Part shown: piece after piece, positions 27,401-41,599 of the stretch
How positions within the stretch are numbered: the stretch's first letter is position 1
Layout of the letters: each line of letters begins with the position of its first letter
Made by a program: the position numbers and the translations under genes
Assembly (NCBI GenBank): GCA_964016885.1
Contig: OZ024742.1
Location: 269,080,001 to 269,144,000, forward strand
From: Eledone cirrhosa
Lineage: Eukaryota
Length of the DNA: 64,000 nt
Reading direction: 5' to 3'
The notes under the pieces: model-generated
Database searches by the model: none
Told to the model about the DNA's origin: nothing
The model's input: the letters and a program-made list of their open reading frames with translations, nothing else

Positions 27401-29610
27401 ATATACTCTCCGGTTGAGCGTTCCTCCTAGGTCTCTGAAATCACCAACTGCGTTGGGGAATTTCGTTTTAATGATTGTGTATTGCTTCTGTGCTGTTCTT
27501 ACCAGTCTTATGTTCGTTGGTGTTTTGATTGGTGCTGGTATTATGTAGTCGTGCTGTGAAATGTCTGTGTTAAATTATGTAAGTCATTAGTTTCTTGTTG
27601 TGTGTATTTATTGCCGTGCATTTGTTTTTTTGGGGGTGGGATTTGGGATCTGCTATCTTCTTGTCCTTGTTGCAGGGTGTGTGTTTTGTTGTTGTGTTTG
27701 CGATGTTGGTACTTGTTGTGGTGGTGTTGACGGTGTTGTTGTTGTTTGCGGTGGGGTTGCCGGTGGTGATGGTGGTGCTAGTGTGGGTGGTGATGGTGTT
27801 GGTGGTGTTGCTGTGGTAAGTCTTTTTGCAGTAGCCTTTACCCTTTTTTCATTTCTTTCCTCCCTTTTCGAAGTCGACGATGCGCTTCTTTTGCGTGTGT
27901 GCATTCTTGCGACATTTTGCCATCCCTCTTCAACCTCACACTCCATGTCCGATTCTGTGAGGTCGGGGAGGGGTACCAGCTCCACTCTTTCACTTGTTGT
28001 TGTTGGTGATGTTTGGAGTGGAGTCTATGTTGCAGCTGTAGTTGGTATTGCTGTTGCTGTTATTAATACTTCCACTGCTGCTGCTGTTCTTGATTTCCGT
28101 GGCGTGGGTATGGGTGCCACGGACCTATCGTTCCTGGTTACCGCCTGTCCTGTTGCTGGTAGCAGTGGAGCCGGTTTCGGTAGGAGGGGGGTTTTCTCCT
28201 TTCTCAGGGTCTTCATATTGCAGAAGGCCCTGAGGTGAGTCTTCGATCCTCAGCAAAATCATTTCGGGCGTTTGCCCTCAACATTTATGGGCAGTTGAGG
28301 GCCGTTATCAAAGCCTATCACATCCGGGATAGCTTCGATGCACACCTGGTTGGTTTGGCTTAACCTCTCAATGGATGTGCCGAACCAATCCTCTCGTACT
28401 TTTTTCTGTACTTGCAGTACAGTTGTTTTGTCCTCGATTCCGACGAGGACAGACGGTGCCAGCCAAGAAGGGGCCATCCCGGGGGGGGGGGGGACGTTGG
28501 TCAGTTTAATCCTAACAATTTTTTATCCGCAGTAGGAGTGCACCAACACCATTTCCTCGCTCCTTAGGGTCACTACGGATTGAGCCTTTGCCTCCTGGGG
28601 TGTGGCAAAAAGCACGTCCACGGTGGCATATTTCTTGCCTCGGGTGATATGCGTTTTCCGCTGCCCCACAGATACTAAGGCTTTTTGTATTTGAACCTCT
28701 GTGGCTCTTTCAACCCTACGTGATTTTGTGCTTACTGTACGGTACGTGACCGTACATAGCTGTTGGGTTTCGAAACAGTTTTCGGCTGCCTTGCAGATTG
28801 CTCGGTGTCCGGGTTTCGTCACTATCTTCCATACTTCCTGTAATTCCTATTTTGTTATAAGGATGGTTTCCAGGTACTTTGCGATACCTGCAAACGAGAT
28901 TTTTTTTTTATTTCTTGTTGTTGTTGTTGTTGTTGTCAGAGCTGCCGTTTCATTTGTTGTTGCTGCTGGTACCACGACTGCCGCCGCCGCTGTTGCTGTG
29001 GTTGTTGTTGTTGTTGCTGCTGCTGCTGTGTTGTTGCTGTAGCTGCTGCTGCTGCTGTTGTTGTTTATGCTGCTGCTGTTATTATTACGGCTGCTACTGC
29101 TATTATTCATTACGTCAGACGAATGGAATGGCTTTCCGTATTTACCGCACACATTTGTCGTCGTTGTCGTCGTGGAGAAATGTTCCACGGTTTGCACGTG
29201 ATCTTGGAAACTATCAGAAACTATATTTTTCTTTTTCTTTACTGGCGTCGCTTGCGAAAAAGAAGGGAGGGAGAGAGACACATTTAGAGAAGGGAAGGAG
29301 AGGGACAATCTTCTCTCTGGTGTAGTGACGATTGAGGGAGAAGAAGACGAAAAGAGTGGGAGTGACTTGTGAAAATTATTTTTTGTCGCCATGTTTATTT
29401 TGGCATAAAATGAATATTGGGCACAAAACCCCAATAAGCGGTTATTTAACCCCGAAGGGCCAAATACCAGGCAGAAAGACCCCTCTCACGAGGAGGAGGG
29501 TGTTTTTATCTACAATTTGTTTAAAGTTTTAAACAATTTACAATTGTTATAGCGGTTAAAAGTTACTATAACTTACAGAGCCAAACCTCCGTCAACCATG
29601 GCATTCAATC
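24480..29610 (-). mobile_element. Tx1/L1-clade LINE: 5' UTR, ORF1 (~29392-27300) and APE-RT ORF2 (from 27259), degraded and 3'-truncated
   Basis: MTSLRIGSINARGL, AIYAP, LVGDWN APE motifs; FRPITLLNTEFKILAK, KPFDRVDH, SVRQ RT motifs; ORF1 with low-complexity tracts; starts at (AAT)n. Confidence 0.9.
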
Positions 29611-29630
29611 ATAATAATAATAATAATAAT

Positions 29631-30375
29631 AGCTAATGGATGCGCAAGAGCAGGCCTTCAAAACGAAGGGGCTGAAACACCATATTTACAAGGAGAAGGC
29701 TAGTCCACTGTGTAGGATCTGTGGAGAGAGAGAGGAGACTGTGGCTCACATTGTATCCGAGTATAAACACCTAGCCCAGATCACTATAAAGGCTGGAAAC
29801 ATGATGTGATGGGCAGGGTGATCCACTGGCACCTATGCAAAGTAAACAATTTACCACATTCTGAGAAGTTGTATGAGCATAAGCCAGAGTCGGTGATAGA
29901 AAACGATCAGGTGAAGGTGCTGTGGGATTTTAGGATACAGACGGACAAGAAACTGGAACACAATAGACCTGACCTGGTGGTTTTGGACAAAGAAAAAAGA
30001 TCGTGCGTGATTGTGGATGTGGCCTGCCCATTCGACACGAGAGTTCAAGAGAAGTAGAGGGATAAAATTAACCGAAACCAGGACTCGAAGTGGGAGGGAA
30101 AAAGGATTTGGAACTGCCATGAAGTCAAAGTGGTCCCGATTGTCATAGGCACTTGGTACTATCTCAAAGAGTTTCTAAGTATGGTTAAAGAAAATTGGCC
30201 CCGCTCCGCTTTTTGGAACTCTTCAAAAGGCATGCTTGCTGGGAACAGCAAGAACCCTCCGATACGTCCTGAATATCTGATGCTGCAGGTAGTGGCTTGA
30301 TATTCATTTCAACAAACTTTCCAGTTAACTAACATCAATAACTGAGACTCAAAGAACAATAATAATAATAATAAT
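29631..30375 (+). mobile_element. 5'-truncated R4/Dong LINE (CCHC knuckle, RLE and 3' UTR)
   Basis: LCRICGEREETVAHIVSE, VLWDFRIQTDKKLEHNRPDLVV...DVACPFD; ends gagactcaaagaac(aat)n like 22680. Confidence 0.9.
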
Positions 30376-30451
30376 TGTTTCTACTTTTGGCACAAGGCCA
30401 GCAATTACCCAATGCATTACTGTTACTTTATTCTATCGACCCCGGAAGGAA
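30372..30451 (-). mobile_element. SINE tail fragment
   Basis: ttgtttctacttttggcacaaggccagcaattaccc. Confidence 0.8.
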
Positions 30452-31620
30452 ATAATAATAATGATTTCTTTATTGGTCACAAGGGCTGACATCAAGAAAA
30501 ACATTACAGACGGCACAGGACGGTACATGACGGTACGATGTGGGTTTTGTACGTGTAAATATTTTTATTATTTATATAAGAAAAGAAAAAAAGAACATAA
30601 ACAATAAAAATGAAAATTGAAACAATGAAAAATTCTCCAATAGGGGGAAACCTCCGAGGGTTACTCGTGGCGCAAACCACACAAAATACCACGGCCACCT
30701 TGACCACCAGGACAAGCGCCCTCTCTCAATTTTTCCATTTCTCAAACTACAGACGTATATTCAGACGTATATAGACGAATATAACAGGTGCTTGATCCAA
30801 AGAGTATTAATGACAGCAACACACAGGCTGAATGATTATTATACTTGGCACGCAGTGTCAGTTCTTCGCTCCTCGGTGGCGTGAGTGTGTATTTTTTGGC
30901 TTCGATGGGGTTTTGAATAATACGTCCACCGTCAAAAATTACATGCATCAGGTGATATGAGATTTACTTTCCCATACGCAACCCATAGTCTTTTGGATAT
31001 GAGATTCGGTGGCGTATTCCAACCATTATGACTTCATTTCAAACATACGTGCTTTTGCCAACTCATCGATTTGAAGTGTGAGGCTGACACTGTGACGCTT
31101 CCTCTTTAAGATCTAATTAGCCTCCATATTTCTTTTTTGAAGACAGTTATTTTTTCGTATTTTAGTTGACCCTGCAATGGAAACAGCTATTTTGAGGAAC
31201 CCTTCCGTGGTGTGTTGAGTGGAATTAAACTTTACTTTGTGGCCGAGTCGGTATACGCAATTGATAGTTCTGCGTTTTTTGTTGATGTTGAGATTACTGT
31301 TATTACATTATATGTAATACTGTAAATACTGATACTGTTGTTGTTGTTGTTTCTGTCATTGCTGTTCATATTCTTATTTGTGTCAAAGGTTTTTTTGTGG
31401 TGGGAATGGTGGTGGTATTAATATTGTTGTAGTTTTCATTATGTTTGTTTTGATGTTTATGCTCTGTGCATGGTAGTTGCGATGGCAGTGTTGGATTCTG
31501 GTAAAGCAGGTTAATGATTTTCATATATTTTTATTGTACGAATGTTATCATCGCTGATTTGGTTAGTTTTACTGTTATTGTTGTTGCTACTGCCAAACGC
31601 CCAAATATTATGCGCTCGCC
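30452..31620 (-). mobile_element. Old Tx1-like copy: ORF1 remnant joined to 3' UTR (ORF2 missing)
   Basis: Minus strand ATESHIQK...HIT...TVDVLFKTP...RSEELTL is homologous to Tx1 ORF1 ATEVQIQK...TVDVLFATP...RSEEMVL; tail cccttgtgaccaataaagaaatc(att)n. Confidence 0.65.
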
Positions 31621-31767
31621 TTTTCTGTATACAATGTATGGCACCCTATTAACAGTTAGCAACAGACATTTTAATAACAAACGCCATAGAAAGAAGGAAA
31701 AATTAACCAAATTTATGGCACAAATTTAAACCCCCATACACAAATGTAAATATAAATATATAAATAA

Positions 31768-31828
<61 letters not shown>

Positions 31829-31924
31829 GTAATTCCATCGGAAAAGTCCAGGAAAAAAGAGTGCTCTATGTAGGCAACAGAGCTTAATTATTATTATTAT
31901 GTAATAAACAACATAAGGCAATTA

Positions 31925-31984
31925 TTCCATTTACCAGTGGTTTCTTAAAAGCAAAAGGTGTTGCTTTTAATCCTCAGAATGAGG
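31925..31984 (-). ncRNA. Type I hammerhead ribozyme (left arm of fold-back)
   Basis: TCATT-CTGAGGA-TTAAAAGCAA(cacctt)TTGCTTTTAA-GAAAC-CACTG-GTA-AATGG. Confidence 0.85.
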
Positions 31985-32022
31985 TTTTTTAAAATCCAAA
32001 TTCAATAAACCAACCAGGATTT

Positions 32023-32082
32023 TTTCATTCTGAGGATTGAAAGCAAAACCTTTTGCTTTTAAGAAACCACTGGTAAATGGAA
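32023..32082 (+). ncRNA. Type I hammerhead ribozyme (right arm of fold-back)
   Basis: TTTCATT-CTGAGGA-TTGAAAGCAAA(acct)TTTGCTTTTAA-GAAAC-CACTG-GTA-AATGGAA: all three stems pair, GUA site. Confidence 0.88.
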
Positions 32083-32111
32083 TAATTGCCTTATGTTGTT
32101 TATTACATAAT

Positions 32112-32215
<104 letters not shown>

Positions 32216-32297
32216 GTATGTATATATATATGCACATTATATGCACATACATGACATATATATTTACATACAAACGTATATATTTACGTACTCACAG

Positions 32298-32329
<32 letters not shown>

Positions 32330-33130
32330 GGGGTTTACATTTGTGTGTGTTTGTGCATGTATACATACACATACACATACATATGTATATAATTAATAAA
32401 ATCTTGCAAATACATCCGCCTTAGAGCAATTAAAATAATATACACATTTATTAACGCAGAGGCATCTAATATAGAGAGTAATGCAAGCTCATTTGCGCAT
32501 ATGCTACTGACATGAAGTGTAACTTCCAACATATATTTACATGAACTCTATGCAAACGAAATCGAATATTGGTTTTTGAAGAGTGGCAACAAAAACAAGG
32601 GAGATGACTGAATGTAACGCGACTGCTTGCGGGTTTCATGACTGATTGTGCCGCTCAAGAATTTATAAAGTGTGACTTACATTTATGTGAAAAGATAAAG
32701 CGGAAATAGGAAATGGAACAAAAGCGAAATAACAACAAAGGTTTAAAAATACAAAAGGGAGGGAGGGGGGCATGAACAATTATACACGAATAAAAGAAAT
32801 AGCATCTTTCCTAGAAGTGGGTCATAGTTTATGATTGATCACATTGTTCGAAAAGAATTAACTATGTTTCCTTTCATAGTTATTTTTCCATGTTTTTTAG
32901 TTTGTACATGGATTGTGTTGCCTTTAATATACTTTGGAAAGACAAACCATGATATGAAACAAATATTTTTGTTTGCTTTATAATTGCACTTTTGATATTC
33001 TCCGTGTCAGATGAATAACAGTCTGTAATTCTATTTAATACGTATACAAACATTGTAAAGGTCTATACTACTATACATCCATAAATATATGCATATAACT
33101 ATAAACCCATATTTACACGTACAGACATGG

Positions 33131-33182
<52 letters not shown>

Positions 33183-34130
33183 GACTACACGAATTCCTGT
33201 ATGTACATGTATTTATTGTACACATAATTGAGGATTTTAACTATCAATTTTATTATCAACTGAGAATATATTTTACATAACGAAGTGGCTTCAGAATCTA
33301 CACAGATTCTCCAGTAAAAAAAAAATAAAAGGAGACAATTAAATTATATGCCCGTTACAGAATTCCAGCAATATTTATAGTTCAAGTAAATATTTGTTCA
33401 TTGATGAACAGTACCTGCAGAACCGTTTCGATATTCTTCCAAACGTTTTGGTCAGTCAAAGAGAAGCAAGGTGGGTAATATAGAGTTTCATATGTGAGTA
33501 CAATTAATTTTGGCAGGAGCAGTTGCATGGCATGCAGTTGGTAATTATAATGAAGAAAACCTCATCGTTTTTAATTGAACAATTTGAATATATACGATGC
33601 AATTCCTGGTGTATATTGCCGATTAACTGGCAATAATATATTCTTGCAGTGATGATGTTCCTTGCGTTAGATATCAAATTCTCAACATAACCATACAAAG
33701 GTTTAACTTCGGATTGAGATAACATTATTGTGATTACATGGGGACTATTTCAGTTGTAATTAGAGAATCTAGCTTTCACAATATTAGCAAGAAAGTGATT
33801 ATTGTTGTGCATCACGGCATAGTTTGTGACGTAGATGATTTCGATTGTTCTTTATTTATCGTCATACTGTTTAGTACCATTTTGTGGAGTGATTTGCATA
33901 TTAGTATTTTATGTAAATGTCGGAGAATTTGAATGATGGACATTTAGTCATTTATAAATGTTCCGCATATTTTCAACTACCAGGAACATATGTAGCTATG
34001 AAATAATAAACTATGTCTATATATATATATATATTCATGAATGCAGTTACCTATAACATATGTATTGTGTTTATACGCATATAAATTGATCGTATACTAC
34101 TGTTGCGAAGCCATTATTTGATATAAATTC

Positions 34131-34748
34131 AGGGCGGTGAATTGGCAGTATCGGTAGAGGGTCGGAAGCTATGCTTTGACGCATAGAGTTACGGACCTTG
34201 CCATTCTGAGTTCAAATCCCGTCGAGGTTAACTTTGCCTTTCATCCTAACGGGGGTCGATAAAATAAAGTACCAGTAATACACTGGGATAATTGCTGACC
34301 TTGTGCCTATTGTAGAAACAATTATTTGATATAAATAACATTTAGTACCAGTAATATACTGTAATAATTGATGGCCTAGTGCCAAAAGTAGAAACAATTA
34401 TTCGATATGAATGGCGGTGGATTGGCAGTATTTGTAGAGGGTCAGACGCTATGCTTTGACGCATAGAGTTAGGACCCTTTCCATCCTGGGGTCAATTTAA
34501 TCGAATTTTCCCTCTCCTTAAATTCGAGGCCTTGTGGTATATAAGAAACCATTATTTGGTGAATATGCAGTATCGGTAGAGGGTCGGATGCCATGCTTTG
34601 CAGCATAGTTACGTCCCTTTATGATCTGAGTTCAAATCCCGCCGAGATTAACATTGCTTTTCATCCTTACGTACCAGTAATGCACTGGGTAATTGCTGGC
34701 CTTGTGCCAAAAGTAGAAATAATAATAATTATTATTATTATTATTATT
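34131..34748 (+). mobile_element. Tandem cluster of three tRNA-derived SINEs (34131-34325, 34412-34556, 34567-34748) plus a duplicated tail
   Basis: GGCGGTGAATTGGCAGTATCGG A box, GAGTTCAAATCC B box, GGCCTTGTG...GAAAC(ATT)n tails. Confidence 0.88.
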
Positions 34749-37700
34749 GGCGACTTACGTAGTAAATCGTATTAAGTGAGCTCCGCAAAGGTTTGTTATT
34801 TTCAGTTGTTTAAAATTGCCATTTATGGAAAGTTTTTATTGTTAACTGTATATAAGTGCACATACATTGATTTCTGAAAAGGACACTCAAAAAGATTGGG
34901 GCCTTGAGCCCAAAATTTAAACTTTTATAATTATCAAAGAAAAAAAAATTTTTTTTGAATAATCATGGCCGACTCAGAGTCACACCTTCCTCACAAACTA
35001 ACACCTCACACCGACACCACCATTGTAAATATTACTACGTATGCCAACACTAAAAATATAAGCAGTAGCAATATTTTAAATTTGTCTCAGGCAGACATTC
35101 ATTTCTCGCCATTACCATTGACTGCAGGTGTTAAAGCCGCCACCCTCACCACCACCACAGCGACAACAGAAACAAAAGAAAAAAATAAATTAGCTCGTGA
35201 TATCGAAATGAATTCAACGAAAATGAACTCTTCCACACCGAACACCAATGACGCCACCACCACCACAATTGAAACTAAAATTAATAATAACAAAAATAAC
35301 GATAACAACAACACCAGCAACAATGACATTAAGAAAACCACCCTGAGTTTTGCCAGAGTAGCAAAACAGTGCGAAGCATTTCAGGTAACTCTGGAGGAAT
35401 TAGAAAAAGCCAAAAAAATGGTAAAGAAAGATGGGTACAGGGTCAGCCTCACCCCCACCCCCACCCCCACCCCACCTAATAAAATGTAGCATCGGCGCCT
35501 TTGCACTGTGTCGTATCGAACAATTAATATAAAATCGCGCCGAGTGGAACGGGAATCCGAGTCCCAAATCCAAAAGGTTTTGAGACATGTGTGGACAAAA
35601 AAAAAACACATCGGACGTGGGTAGAAGTATGGAACCGTGGACGTGTACTTTGGAACACCACAGGAGGCTAGAGAACACTCCATGGCCCCATTAAGAAGTG
35701 AGACTTCACACTCGTCCCAAGCTATTGTGGCCAGAGACTCGTAAAGATCAGGGTCACCCACGTTCCAGCGGCTATCGAAATTCCATGGCTAATAGCTGCC
35801 ATCATCGCCTGCATCGAAGCCAACACCAAGATAATCGAAATAGCGAAAGAAAAGCAGGAGAACTGGTCCGGATCTGGGATGGAGCTCCTGATCCAAGCGG
35901 ACCAAAAAAGCATTGAGGAGATCCCAGAGGAAATAGACCTCACTGACGGCAGCCACCCCACCGTAATTATCGAGGGCAGAAGGCCTAGGTGTGTCGTTTG
36001 TGGTGAAGGAACCCACATAAGGACTTCTGCCCTCAGGCTAAAAGGTTGAGGCCACCTCTCCTACCCACCCCAGTGACTCAACCATCAACAGCAACAACCC
36101 CAGCAACAGTAGCAAAACCAAAACCACCACCACCCAACGCGCCAGAACTCGCACCAGCACCTACACCATCCACCACGCCACAACCAAAACTAACGCCTGT
36201 GGTAGATTTTCCACTCCCCGGCCTATCACAACTTGCGACAGATTGTGACGATGAGGAGTGGGAAACGGTATCAAGAAAAAAGAAAAAAAGAAATCAAAAA
36301 AGAAAAAATTATCTTCCTTCCCCCTCCAAAAACAAAATACATAGGGAAACAAATAAACTATCAAACATAAAGGTTAGGACAGATATGCCACCATCCACAC
36401 CAGCATAACCAACCCCATCACCCCAAACACCAATACCATCACCCTCATTAACCCCAACACCACCATCACCTACACCACAAAAGTCACCAAAAAGCGAAAC
36501 AGAAACAAACCCACAACAAACACAAACAAAACAAAACAACCAAAACGATACACACTATACAGCATTAAATTTGAACAACAACCAATTATTACACTACATC
36601 CCACACAACACCAGCATCCCAGAAAAAGACTACACAACAACCCAAAAGTTCAGACCACCTCCACACATACAAATCACTCGCATCACACAGAAAACGTACA
36701 TGACACTAAAACAAAAATTCCCCAAAGACATCGGAGATTTCTGACAAGCACTCTCCAGGTGGATTTATAAGGACATCCTTCTGAGGAGACCACAAGCAGT
36801 GAAAAGGATGGAGAAACCGTCCTTCCTCTACGAGAAGTAAGGTAAGTGGTCTTTCCCATTTTTCCACTCCATTTCAACATAATCTCACTCAGAATAGGCA
36901 GCATAAATTCGCGTGGCTTGGGGTCGTTATGGAAGACGGGCCACCTGCTCAACATCCTCAGGTCACTAAACATAGATGTAGTGGCCATCAGCAAGACCAG
37001 AATCTCTGAAGCACGGGCCTTCGCACCGATCTACGGCGGCTGCGATGTGTACGCATCTCCCAGCCGTCCGGGATCGGGGGGCGAAGTCGCTGTGCTTTTT
37101 CGGAGAGGTTTGGATCTCGCCATACGGGCCATCTTCCTGGACCCAAAGGGTAAGTTGCTGGTGCTAGACGTGACCAGTGGAGACGGGCAAGCTTTCAGGC
37201 TAGTGGCCGTCTATGCCCCGACAGGAGCAGGGCGTCCTGATCTCTTCCGGCGTCTGGAGACATTTCTCCGCTCTTTAGTCTTAGTGGGTGACTGGAAAGG
37301 GATCTTAGATGCACGCTGGGACTGTGTGGGATTAGCGGATAGGGGTGGAGGGTGCAAGAGCCTCACCAACCTGCTCAGGCGTTTTGAACTGTCTGACAGG
37401 TACCGATTGGATTTCCCGAATGTGCCAATGTGGACTTGGACAAATCGCATAGGCTCCTCCAGATCGTATCTAGATAGAGTCTTTTGTAGGGAAATAGATA
37501 GGTCTAGCATAGGCTGTCCACAATTCAAGATAGTCAGCTACACGGACCACAAATTCGTGATCTGTGTGCTTGACTTAGATAGGCTTCATAGACGAGGACC
37601 CGGCTAGGGGAAGGTAAACGCGTCTTTACCAGTGCGCAATGCCTATAGAGACCGGATTAGCGAACTAGTTAAGCGGACGTTGACGGGGGCCATCGTCAAC

Positions 37701-39642
37701 AACAATTGTTGGTTTGCTCCGAAAAGAGCGATTAGAATAGAGTCAATTAGTTTTAGTAAGGCTTTAGCAATAGAGAACAATAGAGCAGAGGGAGAATTAG
37801 TTAGAAAATTAGACGAGCCGCTCAGCAAAGACATCACACCGACGTACTTGCGGCGAAGCGGCCCTTGATCAATTCTTCAATAGAAAGCACGAAGGCTGCG
37901 TTGTCAGGGTGCGTGCTCTCAGACACGAGGGGATGAAAGCCGTTCAATGGGTCGAGTGGCGGAGGGGCATCGTGTGAGCAATGTCACGATCCGGTCTTTG
38001 GTGGACCAGGACGGGCGCATGCTACTCGATCCCGGGCAAATGTGTGAAGCTTTCCAGCGACACTTCGCCCAGCTGTTCGGGGCCAGCGGCGGGCCGAATC
38101 GAGGGATGGACTTTAGTGTCTACCTCGACGGACTGCCGCGGCTTTCGGCTACTTAGGCGGAGTGTTGCGAAAAGCCGATAACAACCGCTGAAGTACGGGA
38201 GGCAATGACTGGCTGCACAAGGTATAAATCGCCTGGTTTGGATGGTCTGCCCTATGAACTTTACGTACAAATGCCAGACTTGTTCGGAGACCTCTTGGCG
38301 GATGTCTACTGTAACTGGCAACAGAACGGGAGAATTCCCAGCTCTGTGAGCCGAGGAACGGTGGCGCTGCTGAGAAAGGATCCGAACAAGGGGGATAACA
38401 GAGATCATTTCAGGCTCATAACTTTGCTAAACACAGAGTTCATGATTTTGGCCATGGTGCTAGCAAAGAGGTTGGCGCTTGTCGTTGGTGGTCTGGTGGG
38501 AGAGGCGCAGACATGCGCCATTCCAGACAGATCCATCCACGACAACTTCCACCTCATGCGATACATCGTAGAGATGGTAGCTAGGGAACCTGGCACGGGT
38601 GGGTCCTTGATCAATTTAGATCAGTCGAAAGCTTTCGATAGGGTCGACCACGTAACCTAGCGGCAATCCTGAGGGCGGCTGGCTTTGGGCCCGTCTTCAG
38701 AGGCTGGATCGCTGCCATCCACAGCGACGTCTGCTCTGTGGTGAGAGTGAACGGTCACCTTTCGGAACCGTTCTACATCATGCGCTCGGTCCGCCAATGA
38801 TGTTCCCTCTCGTCCCTCTTGTACGTATTGACTCTCGAGCCATTATTGCACAAACTGGAGACTTTGAAGGGCGTCCCGCGCGAACTAGGATGCGGAAGGT
38901 CCTTGTCAGCATATGCGGACGATGTCACCATAGTGGTGTCGAACGCCAAACACATCGAGGCGATCGGCACTACACTAAGAGCAAACGAAGCGGTGACAGG
39001 AGTAATGATCAACCAGGAAAAGTCAGTGGGCCTGGAGCTCGGCACCTGGAGAGGCAGGTCCATGTCGTCCAACATCGTCGTCGGGTTCTGGACGGACGGA
39101 CCGGTTAAAATGCTAGGGGTCTGGTTCGGTCCGGACCTCCAGACGGACAAAAACTGGGACGAGGTGACGAGCAGGGTGGCTTGTCTCACCCAGAAATGGG
39201 CGGAGAGGAAGCTATCCCTGAAAGGTCGAGCGGAGGTGGCTAACGCGTACATCGCGTCCGTCATCTACTACCGCCTGACCGTCGTACCTTGTCCTAAGCC
39301 CCGCCTGACTGCGCTGGAGTGTTTGCTCTTTCGCTTTTTGTGGAAGGGATGCGCTCCGATGGTCAAGAAGTCCATCTGCTGTCAACGCCCGCTACGTGGA
39401 GGGCTGGGCATGCCGTGGCTGATGATGCGCAGACACGCGCTCAGGCTACGAGATCTCCACCTCTTCTTCGATGGTGATCAGGTGTGGTCGCCGTTTGCTA
39501 GACACGTCTTTCCCCAGCTCGTCCCCTTGACGGAGCTGCAGTCCTGGGTCAAGCGAAGAGCGAGAGGGAGCGCTTGGAGACTGGAATGTCTTCAGGCGCT
39601 CACAGCCCTCGACCAATCGGGCAATGTGATCGGTGGAAATTC
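34749..39642 (+). mobile_element. Tx1/L1-clade LINE (ORF1 34965-~36840; APE-RT ORF2 ~36879-39642), 3'-truncated
   Basis: IGSINSRGL, AVYAP, LVGDW, SYLDR, YTDH (APE); KSPGLDGLP, KAFDRVDH, SAYADD (RT); begins right after a SINE (ATT)n tail. Confidence 0.92.
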
Positions 39643-40568
39643 AGTGGATGGGAAAAGCAAGCGTGGACTAAATTACAAGACATTGAAAAAATCACTGCCT
39701 ACTTGGTCGGTGGCAAATTGAAAAGAATCAATCAAGTGACATTAAGATTAATCAGTGAGGAGTGGAGTGTTAAAAAGACACTGGCCGAGCCATTACTATG
39801 AACTATAGTGTCTTGGAATTTAGTCCACGCTTGCTTTTTTCCATCCACTGAATTATTTTCGTATAAGTTTTCTGTGTCCACGCATCGCCTGGTAACTTAG
39901 CTGTGAAAAGACTTTCTGGTGATGAAAGGTTTCTCCATCCTTTCCATTCGGAAACCATGTTTATTCCCTTTCAGACACTAATTATCTGGAGTGAAATTTT
40001 AGTAAGTAATTTAATTTTTATAATTTCTTTATTTTACGTCTTTCATATAATTGTTCTGCATCCCCTTGCATTGAACCACAAAGTTACTAAGACAAAACCT
40101 ATATATTTGCTAGCATAGGTATGCATCTGTATATATATGTTGGTAGATATACTAATTCTTTATAATTATCTCTAAATTATTTTGTTGAGCAAAAATTTGC
40201 CAAAACTGCTACTATAGTTCATAGTAATGGCTCGGCCACTGTCCTTTTAACTCCCCACTCCTCACTGATTAACCTCGATGTCACGTGATTGATTCTTTTG
40301 ATTTTGCACCGACCAAGTAGGCAGTGATTTTTTCAATGTCTTGGAATTTAGTCGACGCTTGCTTTTTTCCATCCACTGAATTATTTGTGTATAAGTTCCC
40401 TGTGTCCACGCATCGCCTGGTAACTTAGCTGAGAACAGACTTCCTGATGATGAAAGATTTCTCCATGCTTTCCATACGGAAACCATGTTTATTCCCTTTC
40501 AGAAACTAATTAATTGGAGTTAAATTTTAGTAAGTAAGTTAATTTTTATAATTTCCTTATTTTACGTC

Positions 40569-40577
<9 letters not shown>
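39635..40577. mobile_element. PLE-type terminal-repeat array with both inverted and direct copies
   Basis: 39635-39808 is the reverse complement of 40211-40382; 39809-40048 is a direct copy of 40337-40577; CTGATGA...GAAAC at 40444-40483; ends in (TA)n. Confidence 0.8.
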
Positions 40578-40614
<37 letters not shown>

Positions 40615-40648
40615 AGATTTGAATGGATACAGTTTAGTTGAAAGGAAT

Positions 40649-40746
40649 TTATTGACACGTGTTTCTATAACAGTTACATAACCTGAAAACAGCTGCAGAC
40701 ATTCAATATTTCAATGTTATTATTTACTGTCATTTCATCAGAATAA
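40649..40746 (-). ncRNA. Type I hammerhead ribozyme with extended stem-II loop
   Basis: TTATT-CTGATGA-a-ATGACAGT(~50 nt)ACTGTTAT-a-GAAAC-ACGT-GTC-AATAA; the stem-II closing pair is mismatched. Confidence 0.75.
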
Positions 40747-41280
40747 TATTACTGAGGACCTGTTTGGTTTTTATAGAGAATATTAGGAGGGAGGGGTGAA
40801 GTTGTTAGAAGAATAGTTGAGGGAGTGGTTTTTTGATAGCAGTGAGAATGCTTGGGGGCAGTGAGTAATTAGATTCCCATCTGTTGTTTTGACATTTTTA
40901 TAAAATATATTATTGGTTATTTTTCTAAATCTATAGAAGGATTAGAGATAGTAAAGATATGCGTGGTTGGTTTTGTGTTTGCACTTAATTAACATTCAGA
41001 CTTAAATTTTTCTTTCAAGTGTACGTATCCTTTCACCCACGCATTCATACACAAACATATTTGCACACCTCTACAATTTACATATACTCACATTCACATA
41101 GTAACATATTCATACTTACATACATATACACATGCATACATATATATATACACACATGTATTCATGTACATACATACGCGTTCATGTGTATACATTTTTA
41201 TATTCAACTTATCTTTATATACACACGTATAGACACACACACATATACATACATACTCTAGTCTATGTGTATATATATAC

Positions 41281-41330
<50 letters not shown>

Positions 41331-41599
41331 GCACTTTAATACATGAATACACTTACATCTAACTATACACATCAAACATATATATATTTACTTATTTATA
41401 TACATTTTCACATATATATACATACTTATTGTCGCTTTTAGACACATTCATTATCGCATTTTTGCACCTATTCTCATCAGCATATCTTTCCATTATTAGT
41501 GTGGTAATTTGAGGTTATTAATATACATATATATGTTGAGAAGAGATTGTTTTTATATTTTTCTAACTAGATTGAGGTTTATATAGTTGGGGGGATGTC

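Noticed and set aside
27595-29434. Poly-T/N/A or poly-V/L ORFs as host genes
   Set aside because: These are low-complexity parts of Tx1 ORF1 and their antisense frames.
33230-33960. Degraded Neptune-like PLE linker/endonuclease on the minus strand
   Set aside because: Only a weak NIVKARFS-like hint; too decayed to call without an alignment.
34131-34225. tRNA gene
   Set aside because: A and B boxes are present, but there is an extended insert and the multi-copy SINE body follows; it is a SINE head.
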